A stretch of DNA of 64,000 bases from a virus: positions 96,001-160,000 of the IMG/VR virus record IMGVR_UViG_3300019776_000961; one strand, 5' to 3'. The notes below the pieces were generated by a model. That model searched no databases. It saw nothing but the letters and a program-made list of their open reading frames with translations, and had not been told where the DNA came from. The position numbers were made by a program, and so were the translations under genes. Shown here one piece after another: positions 8,997 through 18,122 of this stretch. Position 1 is the stretch's first letter. Each line of letters opens with the position of its first letter.

Positions 8997-10549
8997 TAGT
9001 ATTGGGAGTTGTTAAAGAATTGCCACCCTTGTGATTCAAGATCCTTAACTTCAGAAAACTCATTTGAGTCATCAGCTGGAAATAAAATCGGCAAGGGCAT
9101 TGATGCATCTCCATTCGATCTTTCGTTAGAGTAAATCGAAGTTGGATTTACAAAATATTTAATGCCATAATCGAGTGGTCTTAACTTTAATGGCTTTTTA
9201 TTATCATCATACTGTTCAATTTCAAAGTATTTTTCAACTATTTCATCATCAAGAATCATAAGAGCCCATATAAGACTCATGACTCTATCATCCCAGTTAC
9301 TTGCACCAGGTCTTGCAGCCCAAGTACCGTTTGGGTATCTAACAAAGTTTTTGAGTTCGTTTAATGTATTTAAATTACGTATCTTCAAGCATTTTAACTC
9401 ATTAACCCAGTATCTCATGTTAGTTACACCTTTATATTTGGTGTTTGTGTGTGCAATAACACCTGGTTTATTAAAGGCTAATTTACCTGCTTTTGCACCA
9501 TAAGAAACAATATTTTCATATTGATGTGTTTGCTTAAGTTGGTCGACAACTTGTGCACCACAGTTATTACGCTCAATTAATGCAAGTGGATTACCCCAGT
9601 GTTGAAGAATCTCGTAAAGTTTTGTAGTGAAATTAATAGGACTAATATTTCTATTATGATACTCAGCTACTTGTTTTATGCTTCTTAAATCGGTTATATC
9701 AAGAATCTGTACTACAGAAGCAGCCTCACCGACACCTTCACTTATATCAACTCCTGCTACATATATTTTTTCTTGATTTGGTTCTTCCCATAAGAGATAG
9801 TGTCCTTCATCAAAAACAAATGTAGGTTCAGCACACTCGGTCTTTAGTTCATCAAAAAGATGTTCATTTACGGCACTTTCACCTGTCTCAAGAAACACGT
9901 TTCCAAACTCTTGATCAAACGCATCCCTACTTCCGAGCTCTCTTATAGTATTCTTCTTCCATTTTTCATCTCTACCAGGGACCTCCCACCAGTCGACCTT
10001 TTCAGCATGCCATCCATTATGTTTCTCCGGATCAGGCTCAAGTGCACCAGTATAAAGTTCGTGAAAGAGGTTTCCGGTGCCGTTAGGTGTTGATGCGACA
10101 AAGATTTTTGATTTTTTAGATGATGAAATAATAGGGTAAACAGATTTCCAGAAATCTTGTACCATATGATTATCAATAAATGCCAACTCATCAAGAATAA
10201 GGCATTGATGACTCAATATATCATTTGCAAAATATCTATGATTATCCTTGACCTCTAGCAGTTCATAGACAGGTTCATTGTTTGTATATACATCAACAGT
10301 GTTAACTTTAATACCTGAAAACAAAACATCACCTTTTTTTATATCCTTTGCGTATACCCACTCGTACGTATTGTTTTTTATAATTTTATGTTTAGAGGTA
10401 CATACTAATTCCTTACCATTCGATAGAGTGAATTTAATTTTATTCTCATTTGTACCTACGATAATACCCTTAAAGTCCTTAAATCCCTCATCAGTCAATA
10501 CTTCGAAGGTATTATTTTTAAAAATTTTATAATTTGTAATATCAGCCAT
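8996..10549 (-). CDS. gp17: Large terminase C-terminal half fused to a 115-aa IntC split-intein fragment
   Basis: After ...ILSHQ comes CLILDELAFI (Walker B), STPNG, FDQEF, GVDISEGVG, DDRVMSL nuclease motifs. Confidence 0.95.
   Translation of the reverse strand: MADITNYKIFKNNTFEVLTDEGFKDFKGIIVGTNENKIKFTLSNGKELVCTSKHKIIKNNTYEWVYAKDIKKGDVLFSGIKVNTVDVYTNNEPVYELLEVKDNHRYFANDILSHQCLILDELAFIDNHMVQDFWKSVYPIISSSKKSKIFVASTPNGTGNLFHELYTGALEPDPEKHNGWHAEKVDWWEVPGRDEKWKKNTIRELGSRDAFDQEFGNVFLETGESAVNEHLFDELKTECAEPTFVFDEGHYLLWEEPNQEKIYVAGVDISEGVGEAASVVQILDITDLRSIKQVAEYHNRNISPINFTTKLYEILQHWGNPLALIERNNCGAQVVDQLKQTHQYENIVSYGAKAGKLAFNKPGVIAHTNTKYKGVTNMRYWVNELKCLKIRNLNTLNELKNFVRYPNGTWAARPGASNWDDRVMSLIWALMILDDEIVEKYFEIEQYDDNKKPLKLRPLDYGIKYFVNPTSIYSNERSNGDASMPLPILFPADDSNEFSEVKDLESQGWQFFNNSQY
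10205..10549 (-). mobile_element. Split intein C-fragment (IntC, 115 aa) ending His-Gln, with +1 Cys
   Basis: VLTDEGFKDF, block B CTSKH, DIKKGD, block F VYELLEV, block G YFANDILSHQ/C; resembles atypically split TerL inteins. Confidence 0.92.
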
Positions 10550-11264
10550 TTTGTTTCTTTATTGCTCTTGTACCTGTGCCGCGGAACCAACCGAGCGGTA
10601 TACATGTACTAGAATTCACACGCTTTATTTCTTTAGTTACTGGATTATGTATATAGATACATCCTATCCCGCTGCGCAGTTTTTTAACTTCATGTGAAGC
10701 ATTAAGCGCTGCATCTGACATCTTTTTTCTTGCATGTTCTGAACGCTTCATCCCTGTGTGGGTAGTAGCGGTTTTACGGATCTTATTCGGATTTTTGTTT
10801 TGTGGATTTACTCTTGAACGTCCACGAAGTGATTCAGATATTTTTTTAGCTCTTTCTTCTGTATATACTTCTTTAAGCATTTTTTGCTTCCATTCGATAT
10901 TCTGCCATTGTTTCTTCTTAAAGGATGAAAAATCTTTACGATGTTGATCCGACCATTCACATCTACCGTACCCACCTTCACGTAAATTATATGTATCTGG
11001 TCTATTAATATACTCTTTAGTTACCAGACGACGCTCTTCTTCAAGAGCTTCAATATAGGTATTAAATTGAGAAAGTATTTCTTTTTTAAACGCGTCTCTA
11101 CCATATTTTTGTATAGCGTGTTTAATAATCTTACCTGAGCCCATGTAACCATCATCCAAATTATCTGTTCTATGTACACCTATATATTCCATTCTAGTTA
11201 CCATATTTGTTAATCGGTAAATATAATTATATGTTCTGTTTATATTAGGATTATTAGGGCCCAT
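10542..11264 (-). mobile_element. Free-standing GIY-YIG homing endonuclease (Seg-like) between the terminase halves
   Basis: YIYRLTN...EYIGVH...YMGSG...AIQKYG...F.KEIL...YNLREGG catalytic domain plus NUMOD3-like HTGMKRSEHARKKMS; likely start ATG 11264; stop overlaps the IntC start by 8 nt. Confidence 0.92.
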
Positions 11265-11269
11265 ATTAA

Positions 11270-11275
11270 TACTTA
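11270..11275 (-). promoter_or_regulatory. Late-box variant TAAGTA for the endonuclease and terminase C-half
   Basis: 5 nt before ATG 11264, same spacing as other late boxes. Confidence 0.45.
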
Positions 11276-11312
11276 TGTATAACAATTAATTCTGGAGGAA
11301 TTTGCATTACTT

Positions 11313-11972
11313 TTATTCATCTACAATTTCTAAAAACATTTCACCGTTATCTTTGAGTATCTCTGTAAGATCGTGCATACTAATTTGAAATTCTAATAAT
11401 GTTTTTTTGTCTCTCAGTGTCACCGTTGTGTTACCACCCACGCAATTACAACTATCACCACGACCAGCATCACTACTTGTAGTGCTAATACCTATACTTG
11501 AACCATTGGCAAGTGACATTGATGTCTTGCCGTATTCTAAAACACCAGGCTTAAGGTAGTTTGGTAGCTTCTCATAAGCCATACGCACACGCTTAAAAAT
11601 ATTAATAGCGGTTTGCTCTTTGTTAGCGACAATTAATATACGCTGATCTTCTTGAAAGCATGCGACCCAAAGTGCATATATCGTCATTAATGTTGTTTTA
11701 CCAATCTGACGTGAAGCTAATAAACATACGAATCTATTGTCTCTTAAGCTTCTTAAAATCTTTTTCTGGAAAGAATGTAATCTAATTTTTATCTTACCTT
11801 CATCAAGGTTTGTAATGAAGAAGAAGTTTTCAGCAAAGTATAAAATGTTTTTTGTACATTTTTTAATGTCTTCAACCCACTCCGGGTTATCAATATAATT
11901 GAATGTCGCGTCCTGTGTAGGGAGTGACTCATTACCCAGATAATAACCTGTTTTCTGCTTTTTAGTAGGCAT
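11313..11972 (-). CDS. gp17: Large terminase N-terminal ATPase half fused to a 43-aa IntN split-intein fragment
   Basis: LHSFQ, Walker A ASRQIGKTT, ANK, GRGDSCN, then CVGGNTTV intein block A and a stop. Confidence 0.95.
   Translation of the reverse strand: MPTKKQKTGYYLGNESLPTQDATFNYIDNPEWVEDIKKCTKNILYFAENFFFITNLDEGKIKIRLHSFQKKILRSLRDNRFVCLLASRQIGKTTLMTIYALWVACFQEDQRILIVANKEQTAINIFKRVRMAYEKLPNYLKPGVLEYGKTSMSLANGSSIGISTTSSDAGRGDSCNCVGGNTTVTLRDKKTLLEFQISMHDLTEILKDNGEMFLEIVDE
11316..11444 (-). mobile_element. Split intein N-fragment (IntN, 43 aa)
   Basis: CVGGNTTVTLRD...ISMHDLTEIL block A starting at Cys codon 11444-11442, just before where Walker B should be. Confidence 0.9.
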
Positions 11973-11977
11973 TTATA

Positions 11978-11984
11978 ATAAATA
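11978..11984 (+). promoter_or_regulatory. Late promoter box ATAAATA
   Basis: 7 nt before ATG 11992. Confidence 0.6.
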
Positions 11985-11991
11985 CTTATGC

Positions 11992-12816
11992 ATGAACTTA
12001 ACACGTACAATGAATGAACTCGGTGATTTATATCTCGAGAAGATGACAATTCCTAATGATACCTTTGAAGTACAGACAGAGAAAAAGGTAAAGCTAGCAA
12101 AAGGCGACAAGAAAGCTTTTGTTGGTAAGAAGTCAGGTCCTGAAGATGCTGATGGCTTTAAAAAAGACATCATTGATCCGAAAACAGCAAAAGCTGACAA
12201 TTATTATGAGCCTAAGAAATTCTCACAAAATAATGAAAAAACAGAAACACAGAAGATAAATACTTTTATGAACAAATCTATTTTTGACAGACTTTACGAA
12301 GAGGTAATGCTCGAAAACGACATGCATCTTCCCAATCAAGACGATTCAACAGACGCTGAAGCTCTCGGTCTTCCAGGTGAAGCCGGTGGTGCAGAGGTTG
12401 ATGGAGAAGAGGTAACAATTACACTTTCACGTGATCTCGCAGAAAAGCTTCATGAAGTTCTCATGGGTGTTCTCGAAGCACACGACGATTCAGCAGCAGC
12501 TGATGAAGACCTCGATGTTGAGGGTACAGAAGATGAAGAGTGTGATGAAGATAATCAGACTTTCGGAGAGGCTACAGATATCGAGCCACTTTCAGATGAG
12601 CACGGTAAGAAGCTCATCGCTAAGGGCAGCCAGAAGGTCCCTGGTACAGTAACATCAGAAGTAGATAGCAAAGAAGGTAAGGGCGATACACAGGGTATCG
12701 TTAACGACGGTAAGCCACAGCCTCTTAAGAAGGTAGTAGGTGGCGGTGTTCCATCAAACAAGGTTGCAGGTAATGCAAGTAAGGTTGGTAAGACACTCTT
12801 CGGTGCAGCTAAGTAA
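11992..12816 (+). CDS. Acidic late protein, possible head core/internal protein; probable nested start at 12268
   Basis: Very D/E-rich; late box at 11978 and internal late box at 12256; followed by a terminator. Confidence 0.6.
   Translation: MNLTRTMNELGDLYLEKMTIPNDTFEVQTEKKVKLAKGDKKAFVGKKSGPEDADGFKKDIIDPKTAKADNYYEPKKFSQNNEKTETQKINTFMNKSIFDRLYEEVMLENDMHLPNQDDSTDAEALGLPGEAGGAEVDGEEVTITLSRDLAEKLHEVLMGVLEAHDDSAAADEDLDVEGTEDEECDEDNQTFGEATDIEPLSDEHGKKLIAKGSQKVPGTVTSEVDSKEGKGDTQGIVNDGKPQPLKKVVGGGVPSNKVAGNASKVGKTLFGAAK
12256..12262 (+). promoter_or_regulatory. Intragenic late box ATAAATA
   Basis: 5 nt before the in-frame ATG 12268. Confidence 0.55.
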
Positions 12817-12839
12817 GTTCAAAAAATAGATTATAGATT

Positions 12840-12869
12840 AAGGGCCTTCGCAAGAAGGCCCTTTTTTTT
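12840..12869 (+). terminator. Rho-independent terminator
   Basis: agggccttc-gcaa-gaaggccct perfect 9-bp stem followed by a T run. Confidence 0.9.
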
Positions 12870-12883
12870 GCTTAAATAATATT

Positions 12884-13222
12884 GTGAATAGCTTTAAAAG
12901 TCATTTTAATCTTAACAATAACAAAGGTGATATAGTCAAAAAGCGTAGACACATGGGATTAGTTCCCGATGTTTCAACACATACAAAAACAGGTGGTAAA
13001 ACAGTACCTGAAATGTGGAAAGCTAAGCACTCTAATCAAAAAGTAAAATCATTACTCAATAATGGTAGCGGTCACTTCACGCTTAATGATGCAGAATTAA
13101 AGCAAATAGAAAAAGAGTTCCCTCCTGTTAAATATGATCCACATCATCCTAAGAAGCTCGGTAATACTGGCATTACGCTTTATTATGATGAAACATCACA
13201 AGCGCCAGCTATAAAGATATAA
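12884..13222 (+). CDS. Hypothetical late protein
   Basis: 112-aa ORF, GTG start 5 nt after TAAATA. Confidence 0.65.
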   Translation: MNSFKSHFNLNNNKGDIVKKRRHMGLVPDVSTHTKTGGKTVPEMWKAKHSNQKVKSLLNNGSGHFTLNDAELKQIEKEFPPVKYDPHHPKKLGNTGITLYYDETSQAPAIKI

Positions 13223-13223
13223 T

Positions 13224-13952
13224 ATGGATGTAAAGGATTTCTACACAGGTGGTGGTACTACAGGTATTTACCCGCAGACATTTCAAGATAATGAATGCTT
13301 TAGAATAACAGATAAAGCAAATAACGGCGCCGAGCGCTTGCTTCAATCTAATTACTGGAGAGAGCAAATAAACCTATATGGTCAAAAAGCTAACTATTAT
13401 GTTAATAACACGACATTATCTGGCTCGGATATGCTCTATGGTGAGCATCCAACTCAACGATTTTCACCTCCACAAGCTATAACAGTGGCTCTTAATCTTA
13501 ATGAAAATGCTTTAATGCTTAGTAAATATGGCTTGTTATCAGAAGATGAGGTTACAGCTTTTGTACATATAAGTGCATTTTATGAAACATTTGGACCCGG
13601 TGCAGAGCCAAAATCAGGTGATGTATTTCAATTATCTGAATACGGTAATGATAGACCGGGTGATAGAAACGGTAAAATGTTTGAGATAACAGAACGTCTG
13701 GACGAAGATGCAGCGACTATTAATGTATTAGCTGGTCACTATGTATGGTTAATTAAGGCTAAGCGTTTTGAATACTCCTTTGAGCCAGGTATTCCACAAG
13801 AAGCGGGTAATAATCAAGTTTTTGACGATACACAAAATACAACGGTATCAGGTGCTAATAAACCGTACACAAATAGCGTTGATATAGATTCAAAACAGAT
13901 CTTTGATTATAGTCTTACTGACTATTCAAATGTCTACGGTGGGTACTATTAA
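13224..13952 (+). CDS. gp14: Neck protein
   Basis: EQINLYGQKANYY, DMLYGE, SKYGLLSEDEVT, EPKSGDVFQL, FEITER match the gp14 pattern. Confidence 0.85.
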   Translation: MDVKDFYTGGGTTGIYPQTFQDNECFRITDKANNGAERLLQSNYWREQINLYGQKANYYVNNTTLSGSDMLYGEHPTQRFSPPQAITVALNLNENALMLSKYGLLSEDEVTAFVHISAFYETFGPGAEPKSGDVFQLSEYGNDRPGDRNGKMFEITERLDEDAATINVLAGHYVWLIKAKRFEYSFEPGIPQEAGNNQVFDDTQNTTVSGANKPYTNSVDIDSKQIFDYSLTDYSNVYGGYY

Positions 13953-14263
13953 TCAGCTCGATTCTTATAAATCGACTCATAATCGGGTAGTTGTTCTTTA
14001 CGGAACTTTGCTATAACAGCATCCGCATCTCTTGTAGATGGAAACTTTATCTGATGTTGTGTCATGTCTGATCTATTGAAGTGGTATACAAACACATCAT
14101 CTTCCTTTGTTATACGTTGAAGCTGATAAATGTGCCCAGCTTCAAATAACAACTCATATGGGGAACGCGATTGACGTGGTGTTGAAGAGCTTATTACCCT
14201 CTGCTGACCAGGTTGTATACCACGATGGTCTACCGTAAAGCTGGTTCCAATAATGTAATGCAT
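13949..14263 (-). CDS. Hypothetical protein
   Basis: ORF in a tightly packed minus-strand run. Confidence 0.6.
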   Translation of the reverse strand: MHYIIGTSFTVDHRGIQPGQQRVISSSTPRQSRSPYELLFEAGHIYQLQRITKEDDVFVYHFNRSDMTQHQIKFPSTRDADAVIAKFRKEQLPDYESIYKNRAD

Positions 14264-14553
14264 TTCTTTTGTGGTATGATGTTAAACTCAGCGTATTCTG
14301 TATTGTTTTCAAGATCATTAAGATCTGCCTTCATTGTTTCAAACCTCTCGTCGATATATTTTTGAAATGCTAATGACTTGATCCAATCGATTTCCTTATT
14401 TTGTAGACGGTGACCGAATTGATTCATCTTATTGCTTACGTGCTCAATTGCTTCTAGCAAACAAAGCCAGCGTGTATATTCGTCACTCGTCATGTCAGTG
14501 ACTTTCTTACCATTCGCGAGCATTGTTAATTTTCTTGATTGTTTCAATTGCAT
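14230..14553 (-). CDS. Hypothetical protein (true start uncertain)
   Basis: ORF in the packed run, overlapping neighbours. Confidence 0.55.
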   Translation of the reverse strand: MQLKQSRKLTMLANGKKVTDMTSDEYTRWLCLLEAIEHVSNKMNQFGHRLQNKEIDWIKSLAFQKYIDERFETMKADLNDLENNTEYAEFNIIPQKKCITLLEPALR

Positions 14554-14965
14554 ATCCGAGTATTATGTATGAAATCTCCTCAACGTCAATAACTTTTTTA
14601 TGTTTGTTTAATGCAGACAATAGTTCGACCTGTGAGTCGTAAAGGTTAATAATTGACTTAAAATAAACTGCGTAAAGATTAATAATTTCTTTTTTATAAT
14701 TGTCGTCAATATCTGATTTTTTTATTGACCTTGCAACTACTTCTGAAAGTTGATTGAAGAGGCCTTTAAGAAAGGTTGCTTCAGATGCAACAGGCTTTAG
14801 ACACATTAATCCTTCATCGAACTGTCTAACAGCTTCAAAAGGTAATCTTTGTTTTATAAAATAGATGATACTATCTATATCAGGTTTTACAGGCTTCGAC
14901 AGATTTATCAAACTATCCGCCTGTCCGTCTGTTGTTAACTGTTTAATACTATCAGGTAGATTCAT
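14507..14965 (-). CDS. Hypothetical protein
   Basis: 152-aa ORF coupled to the upstream gene. Confidence 0.6.
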   Translation of the reverse strand: MNLPDSIKQLTTDGQADSLINLSKPVKPDIDSIIYFIKQRLPFEAVRQFDEGLMCLKPVASEATFLKGLFNQLSEVVARSIKKSDIDDNYKKEIINLYAVYFKSIINLYDSQVELLSALNKHKKVIDVEEISYIILGYAIETIKKINNAREW

Positions 14966-15386
14966 TGATTTTTGATTTAATTAATTCGTCAATACCACTA
15001 AGACTTGTATCGGCAATAGGTTCTGTTACTAACACGGTTTCTGTTTGAACGTATACCCTTACCTGTTTTGAGCATGCATTGCATTTATAAACTGTAGGTT
15101 CGTTCAAGCGTAACGGTACAATTTCCTTTGTCTTTTGCGCGCATGGACATGTGACTTCAGCTACCTGATAAGAAAGCTCTTTTATTTTTTCATTTTCAAG
15201 CTTCTTAGCTTTTAGTATAGTATATGTTTCGAGTGAGTATACAAATACGTTATAGATACCATATTGTATAATAATACCAGCTATAGCACCGAGTATATAA
15301 TTAACTCCAAGAGTATGAAGTATTACAGCTATAACACCTGTTACTATAAACAGTAAGCTTAGCTGCACAAATAATTTGTTAAGCAT
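14952..15386 (-). CDS. Membrane protein with a C-terminal Zn-ribbon
   Basis: Two N-terminal hydrophobic helices; CPC...CNAC. Confidence 0.65.
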   Translation of the reverse strand: MLNKLFVQLSLLFIVTGVIAVILHTLGVNYILGAIAGIIIQYGIYNVFVYSLETYTILKAKKLENEKIKELSYQVAEVTCPCAQKTKEIVPLRLNEPTVYKCNACSKQVRVYVQTETVLVTEPIADTSLSGIDELIKSKINEST

Positions 15387-15409
15387 TATACTATTTTAAT
15401 GTCAAGATA

Positions 15410-15796
15410 CTATCTTTCAACTCTTTTCTGTAAATCAACAAACATTTCGTTTATCTCTTGTGATGCACGTAAAAGAGCATTTATAACTGTTGTTACCTCG
15501 GCCTTTGTCTCAGGGTGTTCTTGAACAGTAGGATTTTTAAGAGCTGCTCTAAAGAGACCTAATGTATTAGAAAGTGAAATTGAAACTTCACCTAGAGCTG
15601 TTACAGCATTAGGAATAGGATATGGTAGAACAGGTTCTGCTTTTGCACCGTTAGGTGATTGTTCTGAATGTTCTTCATTCTTCTTAACAATATCTTTTAA
15701 GCTTACTTTCTGTGTGGCAAACTCACGAGCTGCCTGCCCTGATACCCACTTATTATAATAAGATGTGGCATCTTCAAATAAGATACGCTTTTTCAC
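15410..15796 (-). CDS. Hypothetical late protein
   Basis: GTG start 5 nt after TAAATA; MKKRILFED N-terminus. Confidence 0.65.
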   Translation of the reverse strand: MKKRILFEDATSYYNKWVSGQAAREFATQKVSLKDIVKKNEEHSEQSPNGAKAEPVLPYPIPNAVTALGEVSISLSNTLGLFRAALKNPTVQEHPETKAEVTTVINALLRASQEINEMFVDLQKRVER

Positions 15797-15801
15797 TAAA
15801 T

Positions 15802-15823
15802 TATTTAATTAAAGCAATAAATA
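15802..15823. promoter_or_regulatory. Divergent pair of late boxes
   Basis: Minus TAAATA 15802-15807 (5 nt to GTG 15796) and plus ATAAATA 15817-15823 (5 nt to ATG 15829). Confidence 0.65.
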
Positions 15824-15828
15824 ATTAC

Positions 15829-16236
15829 ATGAATTTGTTTAGCAAAAAGTTTAAGTATGTGCTCGAAGCTGATGATACCGAGCAGCAGCAGCCAGCGCCA
15901 GAAACAGATCGCGATGCAATGGCTCAACAGCTTGATACAGCAAAGCCAGAAGATTTCGATGTACAGCAACAGTCAGAAAGACAGAAGCAAGTTGATCATA
16001 ATAAGCTCGCTCAAATACAGCAACTAAACGAATGGATTAAGCAAATTGATGCGTTTATTGAATTTTTAAATGGTACAACACAAGACTCTGTGCAGACAAA
16101 ATTACACGTAGCTCCCTGTGATACGCTTTTCGTTGATATTGCAAGAAGTGAGAAAAAGAAAATCTCAAGACTTGCAGCAGAACTCAGTTCCTTGAGTGAG
16201 TCCTTTAAGGGTTATCTAATTTCTGCTAACGACTAA
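15829..16236 (+). CDS. Hypothetical late protein
   Basis: Start revised to ATG 15829 (MNLFSKKFKYVLEADD), 5 nt after ATAAATA. Confidence 0.65.
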   Translation: MNLFSKKFKYVLEADDTEQQQPAPETDRDAMAQQLDTAKPEDFDVQQQSERQKQVDHNKLAQIQQLNEWIKQIDAFIEFLNGTTQDSVQTKLHVAPCDTLFVDIARSEKKKISRLAAELSSLSESFKGYLISAND

Positions 16237-17266
16237 TACCCGATAGCATTAATTTAGCTTTTAGGCCTGTATAACTATTCTTTATAAAGAATTCAGGTTC
16301 TATAAAATCTCTACCTACTGCTAAACACAAATCGTTTATATCTTTAAACTTTTTACCAACCTTTTCAGGCCATATAAACACTGTTTCGCCTGTCTCTATT
16401 AGCTTGATAGTCTTCTCTCTACTAGCCTTATCTAGCCACTGACTGTCTAGAACCCATATCTTTTCATACAATCTAAACGTCGCTAATTGTTCTTCCTGTA
16501 AAGTTGTAAAGTTCTTATTACTGCGTTCTTGTATACCTGCTACCGCTGTACCATTTTGTACAAAGAAAGCATCAATAGGGCCTTCAAAAATAAAAATATA
16601 ATCAAGGTCAGGTGTTATTTTATTAAGGTTAAATAGAGCTCGCTCTCCGTTTACTTTACCGAGATACTTTGGATATAGTTTTGTATCTCTTTCATAGATA
16701 GCTCTTGATTGATAGAATACGATATCACCGTGTTCATTATAAAAGGGTATAATAATGCGGTTTTTATGTATTTTATCAGTAAGTGATAACCAAAGAGTAT
16801 CTGGTTTATTAATTGCATGATTCATTCGTCTTCTACTGATTAAAGATAATGCATCCTGAACCACTGTATTATCTTTATAATAGCTAACCTGATTTTCATC
16901 AAAAAGATTAATACAATCAAGAGGTAAGCTGTGAGGATTAACAGTAACAGCAGGTATGTTTTGCTGCTGCTCCTGCATAAGATCAAGAGGTAGTATATCA
17001 TACTGGCTTACCTCTTTATATATTTCAGCAGGTGTTTGACCTGATACTTGCTTAATCCAATTAAATGGAGAACTAAACCACCCACAATTATGACAGCAAA
17101 TCACACCGTCACTTACAATAAAATAACAACGCTTCTTTTTACCCCATGACCTGCCTTCACGGCAAATTGGACAACTCGCCTCATATACGTTGGATAGCTT
17201 TTTAAATTTAGGAAACCCTGCGTACTGATAGAATTTTTGTACAATATAATCTTGCGGGAGTATCAC
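16226..17266 (-). CDS. gp61: DNA primase
   Basis: Zn finger CPIC...CHNC, RIIIPF, QSR, TOPRIM IFEGPIDAFF, KDIND. Confidence 0.95.
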   Translation of the reverse strand: MILPQDYIVQKFYQYAGFPKFKKLSNVYEASCPICREGRSWGKKKRCYFIVSDGVICCHNCGWFSSPFNWIKQVSGQTPAEIYKEVSQYDILPLDLMQEQQQNIPAVTVNPHSLPLDCINLFDENQVSYYKDNTVVQDALSLISRRRMNHAINKPDTLWLSLTDKIHKNRIIIPFYNEHGDIVFYQSRAIYERDTKLYPKYLGKVNGERALFNLNKITPDLDYIFIFEGPIDAFFVQNGTAVAGIQERSNKNFTTLQEEQLATFRLYEKIWVLDSQWLDKASREKTIKLIETGETVFIWPEKVGKKFKDINDLCLAVGRDFIEPEFFIKNSYTGLKAKLMLSGISR

Positions 17267-17303
17267 TACTATAGTGTAGTATACTAGTTAGAGGAAAACA
17301 AGA

Positions 17304-17489
17304 TTATTTCTCTGGCTGTCTGAGATCTCTAACTGATACTACACCCTTTCTTATAAACGCACCAGAGGCAGGATCCGTATAATGAGCTTCTGTAATCTCC
17401 TTACCATCTCTAATATACTTTGAGATAGTGGGACGCACAGGCTGACCACTAATAGGCGATTGAATAATTTTTGGCTGAATAAAGTCCAT
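17304..17489 (-). CDS. Small hypothetical protein
   Basis: Likely start MDFIQPK at 17489; within the minus-strand operon. Confidence 0.5.
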   Translation of the reverse strand: MDFIQPKIIQSPISGQPVRPTISKYIRDGKEITEAHYTDPASGAFIRKGVVSVRDLRQPEK

Positions 17490-17503
17490 GTTATTACTTA
17501 TGA

Positions 17504-17791
17504 CTATGTTGATGGATTTGCTATGCTTTTTGCATGTTGCTTTAAACACACTGCATATACGTCTTTTGGTATCTTTTGTACAACTTCAACAATATGTTCT
17601 TTAAGAGCAAAATTAAATTTATCTTTTGGAATAATTCGATTTTGCATATCAGGCAGAGTAAGGAAACATAAATCATTTCCGTCGTTCTTTGCTAATACAA
17701 GTAACTCCCCTAGATACTTACCACCAGTTACAGCATAAACATACCGAGGCTTAGGATGTCTATTTGTAATCTTAGTTATTATATCCGCCAT
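17504..17791 (-). CDS. Hypothetical protein
   Basis: Likely start MADII at 17791. Confidence 0.55.
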   Translation of the reverse strand: MADIITKITNRHPKPRYVYAVTGGKYLGELLVLAKNDGNDLCFLTLPDMQNRIIPKDKFNFALKEHIVEVVQKIPKDVYAVCLKQHAKSIANPST

Positions 17792-18122
17792 TTTCGTCAT
17801 CATCTTTTGCAATCGAATTTTGAAAAAACTTATTGACCAATGTGGCGAGAGAATCGGCTTGTTGCTGATTATGTGCGCAAATATACTGTACAGGTTGCCC
17901 TTCAAACGTATAGCCGAGAAGAATAAAGCTATTAAGAAATTCCTCTACAACACCAATTAATGCCTCATAGTTGTTACGTGTGCTATTTTTCTCGTTAAGC
18001 TTTTCTTTTAGATAAGCAACGAGAGCACTCTGTATCATTTCTTTTGTAGAAGAATCAGAATTAGGTACAAATGATTCATCTGTCTTATTCTGTTCATTCG
18101 GAATTTTCTTGTCCTTCATCAT
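17772..18122 (-). CDS. Hypothetical protein
   Basis: 116-aa ORF in the packed operon. Confidence 0.6.
   Translation of the reverse strand: MMKDKKIPNEQNKTDESFVPNSDSSTKEMIQSALVAYLKEKLNEKNSTRNNYEALIGVVEEFLNSFILLGYTFEGQPVQYICAHNQQQADSLATLVNKFFQNSIAKDDDENGGYNN

Noticed and set aside
10542-11444. Group I intron or frameshift as the explanation for the split terminase
   Set aside because: Intein blocks A, B, F and G flank the break exactly and extein joining restores Walker B. I recognised no intron core elements, and the N-half ends in a clean stop.
15385-15405. Perfect TTGACA and TATAAT hexamers on the minus strand
   Set aside because: The spacer is only 9 bp and the TATAAT overlaps the start codon, so it is not a plausible sigma70 promoter.
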